From the NCBI GenBank assembly GCA_009914755.4, contig CP068257.2, forward strand, positions 30,592,001 through 30,656,000: DNA of 64,000 nt. Reading direction: 5' to 3'. The notes beneath the pieces were generated by a model, which did no database searches, was not told where the DNA came from, and worked only from the letters and a program-made list of their open reading frames with translations. The DNA comes from the human T2T-CHM13v2.0 reference genome, Homo sapiens. Below, in pieces: positions 48,064 to 61,039 of the stretch. Each line of letters begins with the position of its first letter. The first letter of the stretch is position 1. The translations under genes were made by a program, and so were the position numbers.

Positions 48064-48186
48064 CTTTCAATGGCTTCAACACTGAGGCAAAACAAGTCTC
48101 TCTTGTAATCAAGATTCTTGGGCGTGCATCTGTACACGTAGCCAAGATTGAGTGAGCACCCCGCGCAGCACAAAGTCTCAAGGACG
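48064..48186 (-). CDS. MIS18A: MIS18A coding exon 3 (123 nt): (C)[40 protein letters not shown](S).
   Basis: Acceptor 'ttattgcag|CGTCC', donor 'GAAAG|gtaagt'. I translated the reverse complement codon by codon and it matches the recalled MIS18A sequence. Confidence 0.9.
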
Positions 48187-49277
48187 CTGCAATAAAGAAA
48201 TGTCTTGCTTTAGGAAACGAAGCAGCAACTCATTATAATAAAAATCTCACTGTTAAAATCCATAAACACCTCAGTTTCTCAAGTATGCTATTCTGACCAC
48301 ACTAGGTCATACATAAAGGATAGGAAAAAATGATAGTAAGATATTTACAATAAAAATGTAAAGACAGCCACGATGCCTTAAGTATCAAATGACAAGGGAC
48401 ATACAAAAAAGTGACAAGAGAGAATATTGAGGTGGTGTTTTTCTAGAATATAAATTCCTCCATCTGGTACTAATGTAACAAAGTGGAGAATAAATATTTT
48501 AGCCTCGCCAGCCATCTGGTGTCTGTCACTACTCACCTCTGCCATTGTAAAACGGAAGCACCTATAGACAATACTAACTGAATAACCTGTGTTCCAATAA
48601 ACTCGTATTCACAAATGGGTGCCCGCCCCATGGGCCATAGTTTACCAAACTCTGCTCTAGTGGAAGGTAATACTGCTTGGCTTAATAAAAAAAAAGTCTC
48701 TAAAGTTAGATGACAACCCATGTAATTGTTTCTTCATTCTAGTTACCTCTCAACTCAGGTTCCACACACTTGAATATACCCTCCCCCAAAGCCTATTCAT
48801 GTCTCCTTAAAACCTGGCTTAGAATCCAGTGTCTCCCAAACGCCTTGTTGAACTGACCCATCCAAATTTACCATTCTATAAATATACTAAAATTACCATT
48901 CCAACACATAGCAAAATGATAACTAGAGATTTAAATCTAGTAGTGATCACAGTAGTAAAACATACACCACAAACGATTTTTATTACAAAAGTATTCTAAC
49001 TCCTACTCAGTATGTGAAACACTTGTAATCACTAAATATCCATTCCTGCTATCAAGCAAAAGGGAGCTACCCAAGACTCACAGATTATAGACTACATCAT
49101 TGTTTACTTACAGATACTGAGACACTGTTAATTATTACAGCAACATATGGAACAAAGAACAAAATGGATCACCATCTGATTAAGTCATGAATTCTCACTG
49201 ATGATGTGATTAGCTGGATAGTATGCCACTGATTACATATTAAGTGTCTACGGGCTTTTATAAGCTTCTATATTTTA

Positions 49278-49395
49278 GTTTTATAGTAGAAATAGTCTCG
49301 CTATGTTGCCCAGGCTGGTCTCGAACTCCTAGCCTCAAGCAATCCTCCACCTTGGCCTCCCAAATGTGAGATTACTGGCAGGAGTCACCATACCC
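49278..49395 (-). mobile_element. Partial Alu/FLAM-like left-monomer fragment (minus).
   Basis: 'tagtctcgctatgttgcccaggctggtctcgaactcctagcctcaagcaatcctccaccttggcctcccaaatgtgagattactggcaggagtcaccatacccagcc'. Confidence 0.7.
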
Positions 49396-51846
49396 AGCCA
49401 GCTTGTTTAAATGTTTATATGAGAAATAAAAAGCATGTCGGTAAATCCCACTTAAATTACTCACAGTGAACAGGTAAACCTCCATGCTATATATCAAACC
49501 TCATTACCATTATAAGACCGCCTCACACCATTACCAAGACTGCAAACTAATATCTAATGTCATCAGCCAAGAAAGGACACTCAGAGAAACCAGAGGCTTG
49601 AACTCCCCAAATCCACTGAGCCATGAATAAGACTGTTTTATCCCGAGTTATCAAAATCAACCTAAACACCACCAAAAATAGGAACAAACCCATTCACACT
49701 TCTAGAATCATCTTGTGGAGCAATGAAGAGATGGTAGCTAGTATTAAGGCAGCAACTTTCCGCTTTCACAGTTGGCAAGAATTTGGCCAGCATTCACCCC
49801 TTTCATTGAACAGTAACATTGAGAAGGCAGTGCCAATAATCGTAAGGTGATGTTAGACAAGGAATAATCCGATTGTTAAGATCCTCAACAAAGGACAAAG
49901 TCAGACTTAACAGAGAAAACAGCACTGGCACCTTCACAACATATTTCTAAAGCCCACAGTGCTCTTGCTGACCATCAGCAGAAAGGCTCAGGCAGGTATC
50001 AAAAAATTCACAAGCATCCCAAAGCAACACGGGAGTGTGCAGCACACAACCCTAGTGAAGTCCAAGACAACTGAAGGCAGTCTAATCGATGGGTTTAGGT
50101 GATACAAACAGTATTAATAACTCTGGATCAAAGAGAGTGAATTCTCTATCAATCCTGATTAGAAAAAAGAAGAAAGTCTCGGTTTGGTGCTAGACTGTCT
50201 TTGACACTTGTCTCATAGTCGCAAATCTTTTAATAGTAACAGAACAGACCTCAGGCAGAGAACCAGCCAGGCAACAACATCTCAGCTAGAACTAATAACA
50301 TTTGTTTTCACTGTAATTATCTTCAGAGTTACTTTCTAGTTATGGCAAGTATGTATTTATGATAGTAAAAACAATCCTTTTAAGACAAATTTAAATAAAA
50401 ATTTTGAGTTGATTTAATTTTAAAAATTTAGTATGTAATAGCACAGTTGGTACCTGGTACACAAATAGGACAAAAATGATGGTGATATCAAAATGGCTAG
50501 AGCTAGAGCTAGAAAGTGGAGAAGAAAGAGCACTTCGAAGGCAGTAAGGAAGGGTAACAAGCATCATCCTAGCTCTTACTGCTAATTAGTCCTGTGACCT
50601 TAGCAAAGTTCTAGCCTCCCTGGGCCTAACTTTCTTCAACTACCAAATGAGAAATGATCTGAGGTGGGTTTTCCAAATTTTTATGGCCTGCATGCCGGCA
50701 CCACAATTTCTGTCACATCCACAAACCATCTGTACTATTACTAATTTATCTTAAATGGAGAAACTTTTTTTCTTTTTTTTTTTTTTTCACTTTTATGGAA
50801 GAGATACATAGGGCAAAGGTTACAGAAGGGGGACACAGAGCTTCCAAGACCTTTCTAGGTACACCACCCTCCCGGCATCTCATATTCACCAATCTGGAAG
50901 TTCTCTAAAACCCATGGGTTTTTTGGAGGTTTTATAACACAGGCATGATTAATTACACCATTGCTGATAATCTCTAGCCCCTCTGCCCTCGATGGAGGTA
51001 GGAGAAGAGGTTGGGGTAGGGCCAAAACTTCCAACCCTCTAATCATGCCTTGGTCCTTCTGGCCCCCAATCCTGAAGCTACATAGAAGCCCCCCAGCCAC
51101 AGTCACCTCATTAGGATTAAAAACGACATTATTATCACTCCAGAGATTCCAAGCATCTTAGAAGCTCTTCTGTCAGAACTGGGGACTAAGACCAAACATG
51201 GTAACAAAAGATACCCTTATCACCCCATCACTCAAGAAATCGAAAGGGTTTTAGGAGCGACTAAGTATTGAATGTTTCTGTCCCCTACCACATGTATAAG
51301 TTGAAATGGTAGCTCCTAATGTGATGGTATTGGGAGGAGGGGTCATCAGGAGGTATTTGGTCATAAGTGCACAGAGTAATTTTTTTTAAATTGAAATATA
51401 CTTTATTTGATAGGATACTCTAGCATCACTAAAAATGAAAAGCCAGTATTTTTAATACACATTAAAATATACACATAATTAATTTTTGTTTAACTGTGTA
51501 CCACCTAAAGTTATTTCATACGCAAGTGTAAGATACAGTTTACATTTGCAGCAACAATTATATAGGGCAGCGCTTCCCACTCAGTTTGCTCAGGCGTCAC
51601 TATGGCACATGGGTGGCAGGTATGGCAAGATATTTGTCCCCTCTACCCTTAAAGTGGCCACACAGGGCTTCAGATTGCTGGAGCTCCTGTGTTGTTTGCT
51701 CTTGCCACAAACAGCCTTGTCTGTTTACCCCAATAGGCTGTGTGTGTGACAGCAGCATTTTATGTGTGTGCCATAACATGAGAAAGTTGGGCAGCATTAG
51801 CCTAAGGCACCCTTTAACATTGAGATTTTATAATATAGGTATTTCC

Positions 51847-51850
<4 letters not shown>

Positions 51851-51877
<27 letters not shown>

Positions 51878-52160
51878 TTTGAGACGGAGTCTTTCTCTGT
51901 TGCCCAGGCTGCAGTGCAGTGGCGATCTTGGCTCACTGCAACCTCCACCTCCCTAGTTCAAGTGATTCTCCTGTCTCAGCCTCCTGAGTAGCTGGGATTA
52001 CAGGCCCGCACCACCATGCCCGGCTAATTTGTGTATTTTTAGTGGAGACGGGGTTTTGCCATGTTGGCCAGGCTGGTCTCGAATTCCTGACCCCCCGGTG
52101 ATCTGCCCACCTTGGCCTCCGAAAGTGCTGGGATTACAGGCGTGAGCCACCGCGCCCGAC
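51851..52160 (-). mobile_element. Alu (minus), full length, in MIS18A intron 2.
   Basis: Poly-T of about 28 nt, then reverse-complement Alu ending 'gagccaccgcgcccgacc'. Confidence 0.9.
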
Positions 52161-52485
52161 CTTCTTTTTCTATTTTTATTTTTGATTTTCTTCAGCACCA
52201 AGCCCAAAGATCCAAAAAGGGAATGTCAGCATATGCTTTTAGAAATCTAGAAACTCTAACTTTTCAATATCTAAAGGTGACCACAACCACTCAAGAACTA
52301 ACATATTCCTTTCTAAAACAGGATATAGAAAAAGCAAAAAAAAGAACTGATATATGCGAACGACTGATTTTTTTACTATCATGAAAAGTTTTATCCCAAG
52401 TAATCTTACTACTAGTAATGACCTTTTAAAGATTTTTATTAAAGAAAATTCTCTAACATATTCATATAAATACAGTTTTACTCAC

Positions 52486-52552
52486 CAACCATTTTCCTTT
52501 TCACGTTTGGATAGCTTCTGTTCCTTATCCACAGAAACATTACAGGAAACAC
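52486..52552 (-). CDS. MIS18A: MIS18A coding exon 2 (67 nt): (C)VSCNVSVDKEQKLSKREKENG(C).
   Basis: Acceptor 'gtttctag|GTGTTTCC', donor 'GGTTG|gtgagt'. Phases join exon 1 (phase 1) and exon 3 correctly. Confidence 0.9.
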
Positions 52553-52750
52553 CTAGAAACAGAGAAAGTAACAATAATTTATTAATGTAGTTCGTTATAA
52601 CATACCTGCAGACAGAGAGTTTCTAATCCAACTTTTTAGAACTCGGAGGACAAAAAATAAGCCCAAAGTCAAACACACAAAAGAGCGGTTTAAAACTAAA
52701 TGTACTGGGGTCTTCTGGGAAAAGATAGCAGAATAAGAGTTATTTCCAAC

Positions 52751-52872
52751 CAGGCGCAGGGACTCACACCTGTCATCCCAACCCTTTGGGAGGCCAAGGT
52801 GAGAGAATGGCTTGGGGCCAGGAGTTCGAGGTCAGCCTGGACAACATAACGAGACTCCATCTCTAAAAAAAA
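52751..52872 (+). mobile_element. Free left Alu monomer (FLAM-like), plus orientation, in MIS18A intron 1.
   Basis: 'ccaggcgcagggactcacacctgtcatcccaaccctttgggaggccaaggtgagagaatggcttggggccaggagttcgaggtcagcctggacaacataacgagactccatctctaaaaaaaaa'. Confidence 0.75.
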
Positions 52873-53860
52873 ATTTTTAAATAAAAATTTAAGAAAAATT
52901 TTAAAAGGTTATTTCCTCCCTTTCCCTGAAAACCACTAACATTAATAGAATGGCTAAAATTAGAGGGGAAAATTCATTCCACAGTAAACTTGGAACAAGT
53001 AGAACCTCAAATCACACACTGCAAAGAATTATCTGCCAGATAGTGAAATTGGGTTCCAAACCTAGGAAGATGCAAACAGCCAACACATATATCTCCAGAT
53101 TTCAAACACAGGGCCCATTTCTCTAAAAGTAACTGAGAGGGTCCTCAGGATCCCAGCCACACATCTTTTACTTGAACAATGACTTGGACAGAGGTCACTG
53201 CTGGACTTCAGAGGCAGCAGCAAACATTCCCAAAGAATCCAGCTCTAGGAAACACTAAAGGACAGGGTAGAGGGTGAAGAGAAATGAAGAAGGGACATCT
53301 GACCTAAAATGGCCAAAACAGACTCTTGATTTCACGGCCTCCTACAGTCTACCTTAACTCGGTAAACTCCAACTCCATCTACCTGCTTGCTGAAATCAGA
53401 AACCAGGGTGTCATCCTTGATTCTTTGTCTCCTCATCCTGCTCCCCTGTATCTACTCCACTGATCCATCCCATCAATTCTACCTCACAAACTTCACTCCA
53501 GCCCCCAAACCACCAGCACCACCTCTTGCCTGGACTACTGCCCTGGCTCTTCACTAACCTCCCCACTTCCATACTTGTTCCTCCTTCAATGCTTTCTCCA
53601 AAGAAAATGCGGGGTCACATTACTCCCCTGCCTAAGCTAGCATAATAACGTACTCACTAGAACAGATTACTACTCTTTAGAACAGACTACAACGCCTTGC
53701 AGTTTCTGATCTCTTCCTTCCTCCCTAAATCTTATCTTTATTCTCTTTAACCAGTCTCAAGGCTTTTGCACCAGCTGCTCAGCACCTGTCAAAAGCAAAG
53801 AGCGTGACCAAGAACTGTACCTGCAGCCAAGCTAGCATTCACTTATAAATACAGGAAAAT

Positions 53861-54217
<357 letters not shown>

Positions 54218-54310
54218 TCAAACAATTCAGGAATGAAAAAGCTATTAAGAAGCTTTTTTATGTTAATGAGTACTGGAGTTGGGAAAACAATTTATATAAA
54301 CTTTATAGGA

Positions 54311-54610
54311 TTGGGTGCTGTAACTCACATCTGTACTCCCAGCACTTTAGGAGGCCGAAGCAGGGGATTGCTTGGGGCCAGGAGTTTGAGATCAGCCTGA
54401 GCAACATAGCAAGACTCTGTCTCTACAAAAAATTTAAAGATTAGCCAGGTGTTAGTGTGTATCTGTAGTCCCAAGCTACTTGGGAAGCTGAGCCGGGAGG
54501 ATAGTTTGAGCAGGCGTTCAAGGTTACATACAGTGAGCTATGATTGCGCCACTGTACTCCAACCTGGGCAACAGAGGGCTGTTAACCCACTATAACCCTA
54601 TTAAAAAAAA
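54311..54610 (+). mobile_element. Alu (plus), old subfamily (AluJ-like).
   Basis: Diverged Alu dimer 'gggtgctgtaactcacatctgtactcccagcactttaggaggccgaagcagggg...'. Confidence 0.85.
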
Positions 54611-55024
54611 ACCTATTAAATAAATAATCCTATTTTAAAAAATCATAGTTAGGCTGTTATAGCTACAGAACAGAATGTAAATGTACAGAATGTAAATGTA
54701 TAAACCTTGACAAAATGAAAATAATTAAACTAATTCAAATTGGGTAAGGAAGGAATGGAAATGAATCCGAGTTCATTTATTTGTCTTTACTGGGGGGTGT
54801 GGGGAGGTGTTAAATCCTATTATCTAAATCTGATAAATCAAAAAATGTATAGTTCTTTAAATTTTAAACTACTATTTTAGAACTATGTTTTAAATTTAAA
54901 AGCTATTGTTATAAAAATTAAATAACAAAAACAGTCTTTCTATAAGTAAAGCAAAACAACGAAAAGAGCCCACATGGCAAAAAATACACTCTATCGAAAC
55001 AAACAAATAAAATGAAAGATGTAA

Positions 55025-55443
<419 letters not shown>

Positions 55444-56340
55444 TGGTTTGATTTTGATAGGTGCAAAGAGTTAATCTCAACTTTCAGTTAACTACTGGAC
55501 ACTGGTGTGCTCCTTTATTCCCAGTATTACACCAAGGAAAACGTTCCAGAAACGTCGATAAGCCGGTGGTGAATTACTGCCATCGGAACATTTACGGCAT
55601 TCAAAGACAGAAAAAACTTCATCTTGAAAAATCACAATCCAAAAACAACAGCCATTCTTACACCAATTCATAAAAAATATGTGAACCACTTTATCCCTAA
55701 ATACTGCAAAAACATCAAAATGAGGGAACAGTGGAACAACAGAGGTAAGAGGTAACTGCTAGAACCAGGATTAGAAACTAATTCCTGCCTTCTTCTGAAC
55801 TCTTTTGCTACATCCTCCTTCCTCGCCAGTTTTCATGGGGTTGTTGGTGCTTTTATTGCAAGTTTCCTTCCCTTTCTTCCCTATAGCACTGTGTTCCGTC
55901 AACTCTGCGGCTCTATCACTGGAGGCTGTAGAGGCATCCGCTGATACACCAACAGCCTGCTAATTTCTATGGGGAGTAATAGTACTGGCTGCACCTCAAG
56001 TGCTTACAGTCTAGTTGACCATTTGTTTCTCTTTTTTTAGGGTCTTTAAAAGTGTTATTCTTTGTCGCCCTTTGTTTCTGAGTAATGCTCACGATGATGC
56101 TGATTCAACCACTGCTCTTCTGGGATCGGGGACCCCAGAAAAGAACCCACCGCCCGAGAGCCAAAGTGGAGGGGTGACCCTCCTCCCCTTTTCCTGCCAC
56201 AGCTCACACTCTCAGACTTTTTGCTCTTAAAGTCCCTGGGCAGCCCCAAGGAGCCCCCGCCTCCTCCCGGGCCGCCCACGCGCGGCACCCCTGGAAGAAG
56301 GCGACCCCACGCCCCCCCTGCCCGGCTCGACCCAACTGAC

Positions 56341-56674
56341 AGCGAAGCAGGATGCAGTTGGTGTCCTCCTGGCTGGCCACCCAGCTCAGCGAGTCGCCCA
56401 GCGGCCGCCGGCAGCCGGAGCACAGGAACACCAGCGGCCTCTCCTCCGCAGCCGCCGCCTCCTCCTCCAGCTGCGCCCTCTCCATGTCGGCCACCGACGC
56501 GTCTTCGCTCATGGAGCTCCACATGCTCGCCCACTTCTGCAACAGCTGGTGGCGGCTCGAGTCTTCGGAGAGTCTCTTGCCCAACAGCGAGGAGTCGCTG
56601 CATTTGCCCTTGTCGCCGCACTCACAGCCGCCAGCGCATCCTCTGCTACACCTCAGTGACCGAACGCCTGCCAT
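56341..56674 (-). CDS. MIS18A: MIS18A coding exon 1 (334 nt coding): [111 protein letters not shown](C). The ATG is at 56672-56674 on the minus strand.
   Basis: The six-frame ORF 56204..56674 (-) starts with [16 protein letters not shown], which I recognise as the MIS18A N-terminus. Donor 'CTTCGCT|gtcagt' at 56341/56340. Lies within a CpG island. The five exons sum to 702 nt, i.e. 233 aa plus stop. Confidence 0.9.
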
Positions 56675-56809
56675 TACCTACAAATCGCCCGCGCCCCAGA
56701 GCGCCATGGGAAAAAAAACCGCCGCTGCTCATGCGCGGGGCGGGGAGCGGTGGCGGAGGCCGAGAAGGGGCAAAAGCCTGAAGGGGGCGGGACGGCGGGC
56801 GGCCTCTAG

Positions 56810-56821
56810 TGCGCATGCGCG
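56810..56821. promoter_or_regulatory. Perfect palindromic 'tgcgcatgcgcg', an NRF1-type motif, about 140 bp upstream of the MIS18A ATG.
   Basis: Read directly from the sequence. GCGCATGCGC is the established NRF1 consensus core. Confidence 0.5.
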
Positions 56822-57141
56822 CCGTGCGGCCTTGGCCAAGCGTGATAGTCACTGCGCCTGCGTCAGGTTTTCCAGCCTGAAGAAATTGATGATGCAGACC
56901 TGTTTGCTTGTCTTCCTAAGGATTATTCACCCCTTTCCGTGGGAGGGGCAGCGTCACTGAGAAAGTTACGGGTTGCAAGCTTGAGTGTCTAAGAACCGCC
57001 TGGCGAGCTTCTTAAGCAGATCGCCAGGTTCCATCTTCGCAGACTCTGGTTCAGCAGGTAGCAGGTTAGCCCGAGAATCTGCATTTCTAACAAGCTCCTA
57101 GGCGTGCCCACGCTGTCAGTATTGGCAGCCCAACCTTTTTT

Positions 57142-57159
57142 GGGGGGTGGGGGGGGGGG
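57142..57159. repeat. G18 homopolymer-like run 'ggggggtggggggggggg' (G-quadruplex-capable) at the edge of the CpG island, followed by a FLAM.
   Basis: Read directly. Confidence 0.85.
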
Positions 57160-57262
57160 AGTTTTTCTATGTTGCCGGTCTCGAACTCCTAGCCTTAAGC
57201 GATCTTCCCTACTCGGCCTCCCAAAATGCCAGGATCGCAAGCGTAAGCCACTGTGCCAGACC
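57158..57262 (-). mobile_element. Partial Alu/FLAM (minus).
   Basis: 'tttttctatgttgccggtctcgaactcctagccttaagcgatcttccctactcggcctcccaaaatgccaggatcgcaagcgtaagccactgtgccagacc'. Confidence 0.7.
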
Positions 57263-58169
57263 ACCACCCTTTTTCTTCTTTTTTGTAAGTGGACTAATTA
57301 TAGTTGTATATAAGCAGCTCCACTTTTGATGACCACTGCTCTATTTTGTCGGCTCCTGGGGACCTCCTTTCCATGAAGTGGAGAAGGAAGGGGATAGAGG
57401 AGTCCCTCATCACAGGGTCCTTTTGCGCACTGCTATCCCTGGAATGAGACCCTGGGAAGGGCCCCGGATCACTCAGGCTGTCACTGCAAGGAAAAAGTTG
57501 AGGAAGCAGCAGTGCCCCTGGAAAGCCTGGAAGTGTCCCTGCTGCTTGGATCAAGGAACAATTCGTCCTTGCAAGGAAGAAGCATCCCTTGTTGATGATA
57601 AGGACAGATTTCCTCAGCTGCCCCAGAAAGCCAGCCTCTGCCTAAAACACCGTAGGTCAGGAGGGAAAGCTGGCGGGGAACCAGCCAGCTGCACCACAGA
57701 CAGTCTGGTGGTATACCTGGGAAGAAAGCTACCTGCAAGGACCTACTCTGTTCCTACTACGCTCTGGGTGTCCCCCAAGTCACTGCCTATTTTGCTTGGT
57801 TGCATAAACTATTTATGTAAATGTACTTCCAATTTTAGTGCTTACAGCCACTAGCAAAAAGCAAAAGCTTTGGAGTCAGTGGTCCTGGTTAACTTACCCC
57901 TCCCTCCACAAGGTAGTAACAGTGTAGGGAACTGTGGAAAAGGCTGTTTGCCTTCCCTGAGTCTAATTCTTCATGGAGTAAATGGAGTCTGTTTCTTCAG
58001 TACTACACCAAGTTGTTCATGAGGATCGAGTTTTCTAATATTCATGAAAATACTTTGTAAACCCTGGCACACCATGCTCATGTTAATCACCTTCTTACTG
58101 GAAGAAAATGCTTTAGATAATTTAGGCTTTTTTTTTTTACCCATAGAATTCCCTTCCTTCCTTCTGCTT

Positions 58170-58312
58170 TTTTTTTTCTTTTCTTTATTTTTTCAGAGAT
58201 GATGTTTCAGTATGTTGCCCAGGCTGGTCTCGAACTCCTGGCCTCAAGCGATCCTCCTGCCTCAGCCTCCCAAGTAGCTGGAACTACAGGCATGCCTCAC
58301 CATACTTTGCCC
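58170..58312 (-). mobile_element. Partial Alu (left-monomer-like, minus) after a poly-T.
   Basis: 'cagagatgatgtttcagtatgttgcccaggctggtctcgaactcctggcctcaagcgatcctcctgcctcagcctcccaagtagctggaactacaggcatgcc'. Confidence 0.65.
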
Positions 58313-58848
58313 CTTCTACTTTTGTAGAGCCAAGCCTGACCTTCCTGGACTGTTGTTTTCAAGCATAATATCTCTGGTACAACATTGATACAATCCACAT
58401 GAGTTCTTTAAGTAAGTGGCTAGTTACTTGGGGATTCAAAGGATCATCTTGTCTCAGACTTTGGGTTCCTATTGTCAATACTTAAATTCTATGATAGGAT
58501 GCCCCAGGAAAGAAGGAATACAAGGCCGAGCTGCGTGGTGACTTTCAGGGGCCCTATTTTTGCCTTAGTAGGCCTTTCTCTCCATAAAACAGTTAATAAA
58601 AATTTCATTTTATAGTCACATTGCTATGAAGATGATTATATTAAAATGATATCATAAAACATTTTTAGACCTGTAAGTTCATTTATTGCTCTTGATTAAA
58701 AAAATTGAAACATTTTCATGGTCCTTCAGAATATCATGGTTTGTAGGCATGATGCCTCCTGCACATCATGGAGAAGTTGGCTGATGCAAAATGAATTCCT
58801 CTATAGGCACAAGTGTGTTTGTATTAATATTATGAATATAAAAACAAG

Positions 58849-59152
58849 GCTAGCCATGGTGGCTCATGCCTGTAACCCCGGCACTTTGGGAGGCTGAAGC
58901 GAGAGAGTCACTTGAGCCCAGGAGTTTGAGAACAACCTGGGCAACATAGAGAGACCCTGTCTCTACAAAGATTTCAAAATTAGCCAGGCATGGTGGTGCG
59001 CCCCTGTAGTCCCAGTTGCTTGTGAGGCTGAGGCAGGAGGATGGGTTGGGCTTGGGAGGTCGAGGCTGCAGTAAGCTGTGATTATGCTATTGCACTCCAG
59101 CCTGGGTGACAGAATGAGATCCTGTCTCAAAAAAATAAAAAACAAAACAAAA
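58849..59152 (+). mobile_element. Alu (plus), old subfamily (AluJ-like).
   Basis: 'ggctagccatggtggctcatgcctgtaaccccggcactttgggaggctgaagcgagagagtcacttgagcccaggagtttgagaacaacctgggcaacatagagagaccctgtctc...'. Confidence 0.85.
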
Positions 59153-59775
59153 CCTCAGCTAACCACAAAATCATCATATTTATGGGAGGACAAAATGAGA
59201 TGCTTGAAAAAGATGACCTCGTAGTTTGTGGTTGTGGTTGCTTCCTAAACTACATTCTCACCGTACTTCCTAGTTATCTAACTAGGAGATTTGGATAAGG
59301 TTGAGTCCATCTCCACCACTCTCACCACCAGTTCCGGGAATGAGTCCCTAGAGGTTTAACCCGATCAATCAGGATGACCATGACTCTTCCATAGCGATTG
59401 GGGCAGGGATGGCACCTACCCCTGGCGACCCGTGCTGCTCCCCTGGCAATAGGGATTGGCTCAGAATAAAAACTTGGCCTTGTCAAGTTCAATTTTGCCC
59501 AATCTGAGTAAGGGAATCACAGAGAAACAGCACCCAATCTCTAGATCCTTCCAGTTGTGTGAGCCAACCAGTTCCAGTTATTGTGGAAGCCAGTTTCAAT
59601 TGTTGTTTTGTTTTTACTAGCAACCAAAAATGTATGTAGCAATCTGTTACAGTATGTTAAAATTGAAGTTTCCACTAAGACTCCAAGATGAAGTAAAAAT
59701 GAGATATCAAAGTGTGTGTGAGAGAGATTGCCCTCCTTCCTGGGGGAATCTTCAGAGTAGATTTAGGAGAGATGA

Positions 59776-60084
<309 letters not shown>

Positions 60085-60664
60085 CTGATTTCCTCCTTCT
60101 CTTAAACACCTCTCTCACACACTTTGGGAATATAAAGGAAGGGAGAAAATCGTGACCAAGATGACTTCACTGGAAGGATCTCTTTGGAGATGGGCCCCTC
60201 CCCAATAGAGAAAATGAGGGTATCTGCCTCCTTGCCTCAATTTGGCTGATAAGAGACTTTGAGGAGACACTTACATACCTGTTGGTTCCCAGGCACTTGG
60301 GGACAGGGTGACCTGCAGGAGCGTCAAGCTGCGTGTGTTTTGGTAGCACAACAAAGGCAAACAAGGTAGGTTGTCAGCCAGATCGGAACTTTGCTGGCAG
60401 GATGTCACCTAGAGTCTTAATTTCTGCCTAAGGAGCTAACCTGGAAGCACGAAGACTCCCCAGTGGTGAGTCAAGTGTGAACAGCACTCCTGGAGAACCA
60501 GGGCAGAGGGAAAGCCAGCCTGAGATGAGGCCTTGCCCAGTGGGTCATGGGCATGCACCTGGGATTTGGGATGTGCAGGGAGTCCCCGAGGGGACTAGGA
60601 GAGAGGGTCAGGTCTAACTAGATCTTACCTAAGAGTGCAAAACAAAGTTAGAACAAGTTCAAGT

Positions 60665-61039
60665 GTGTATTAGTCCGTTCTCATGCTGCTATAAAGAACT
60701 ACTTGAGACTGGGTAACTTATAAAGGAAAGAGGTTTAACTGACTCACAGTTCTGCATGGCTTGGGGAGGCCTCAGGAAACTTGCAATCATGGCGGAAGAC
60801 AAAGGGGAAGCAAAGCACGTCTTACGTGGCAGCAGGAGAGAGAGAGAGCAAGCCAAGGGGAGGTGCCACACTTTAAAACCACCAGATCTCGTGAGAACTC
60901 ACTATCATGAGAACAGCCTGGGGGAACTGCCCCCATGATCCAATTACTCCCACCACGCCCCTCCCTCAACACATGGAGATTGCAATTCAAGATGAGATTT
61001 GGGTGGGAACACAGAGCCAAACCATATCAAAGTGAAAAC
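60665..61039 (-). mobile_element. MaLR solo LTR (THE1/MST-like), minus orientation.
   Basis: 'tgtattagtccgttctcatgctgctataaagaactacttgagactgggtaacttataaaggaaagaggtttaactgactcacagttctgcatggcttggggaggcctcaggaaacttgcaatcatggcggaag...gggaacacagagccaaaccatatca'. Confidence 0.75.

Larger units (their letters stand above)
56230..56900. promoter_or_regulatory. MIS18A: CpG island containing MIS18A exon 1, its 5'UTR and the presumed core promoter (TATA-less, GC boxes).
   Basis: Very high G+C and CpG density by eye (e.g. 'gcgcatgcgcgccgtgcggcc', 'gggggcgggacggcgggcgg'), in contrast with the CpG-depleted flanks. GC boxes at about 56737-56745 and 56784-56792. Confidence 0.8.

Noticed and set aside
56221-56960. 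Long plus-strand ORFs 56221..56781 (186 aa) and 56352..56960 (202 aa), and minus ORF 56055..56621 (188 aa), overlapping MIS18A exon 1.
   Set aside because: They lie in a CpG island where high GC suppresses stop codons in all frames. Their translations are low-complexity (poly-P/A/R/G). The real coding frame here is the MIS18A exon 1 frame (56341-56674, minus).
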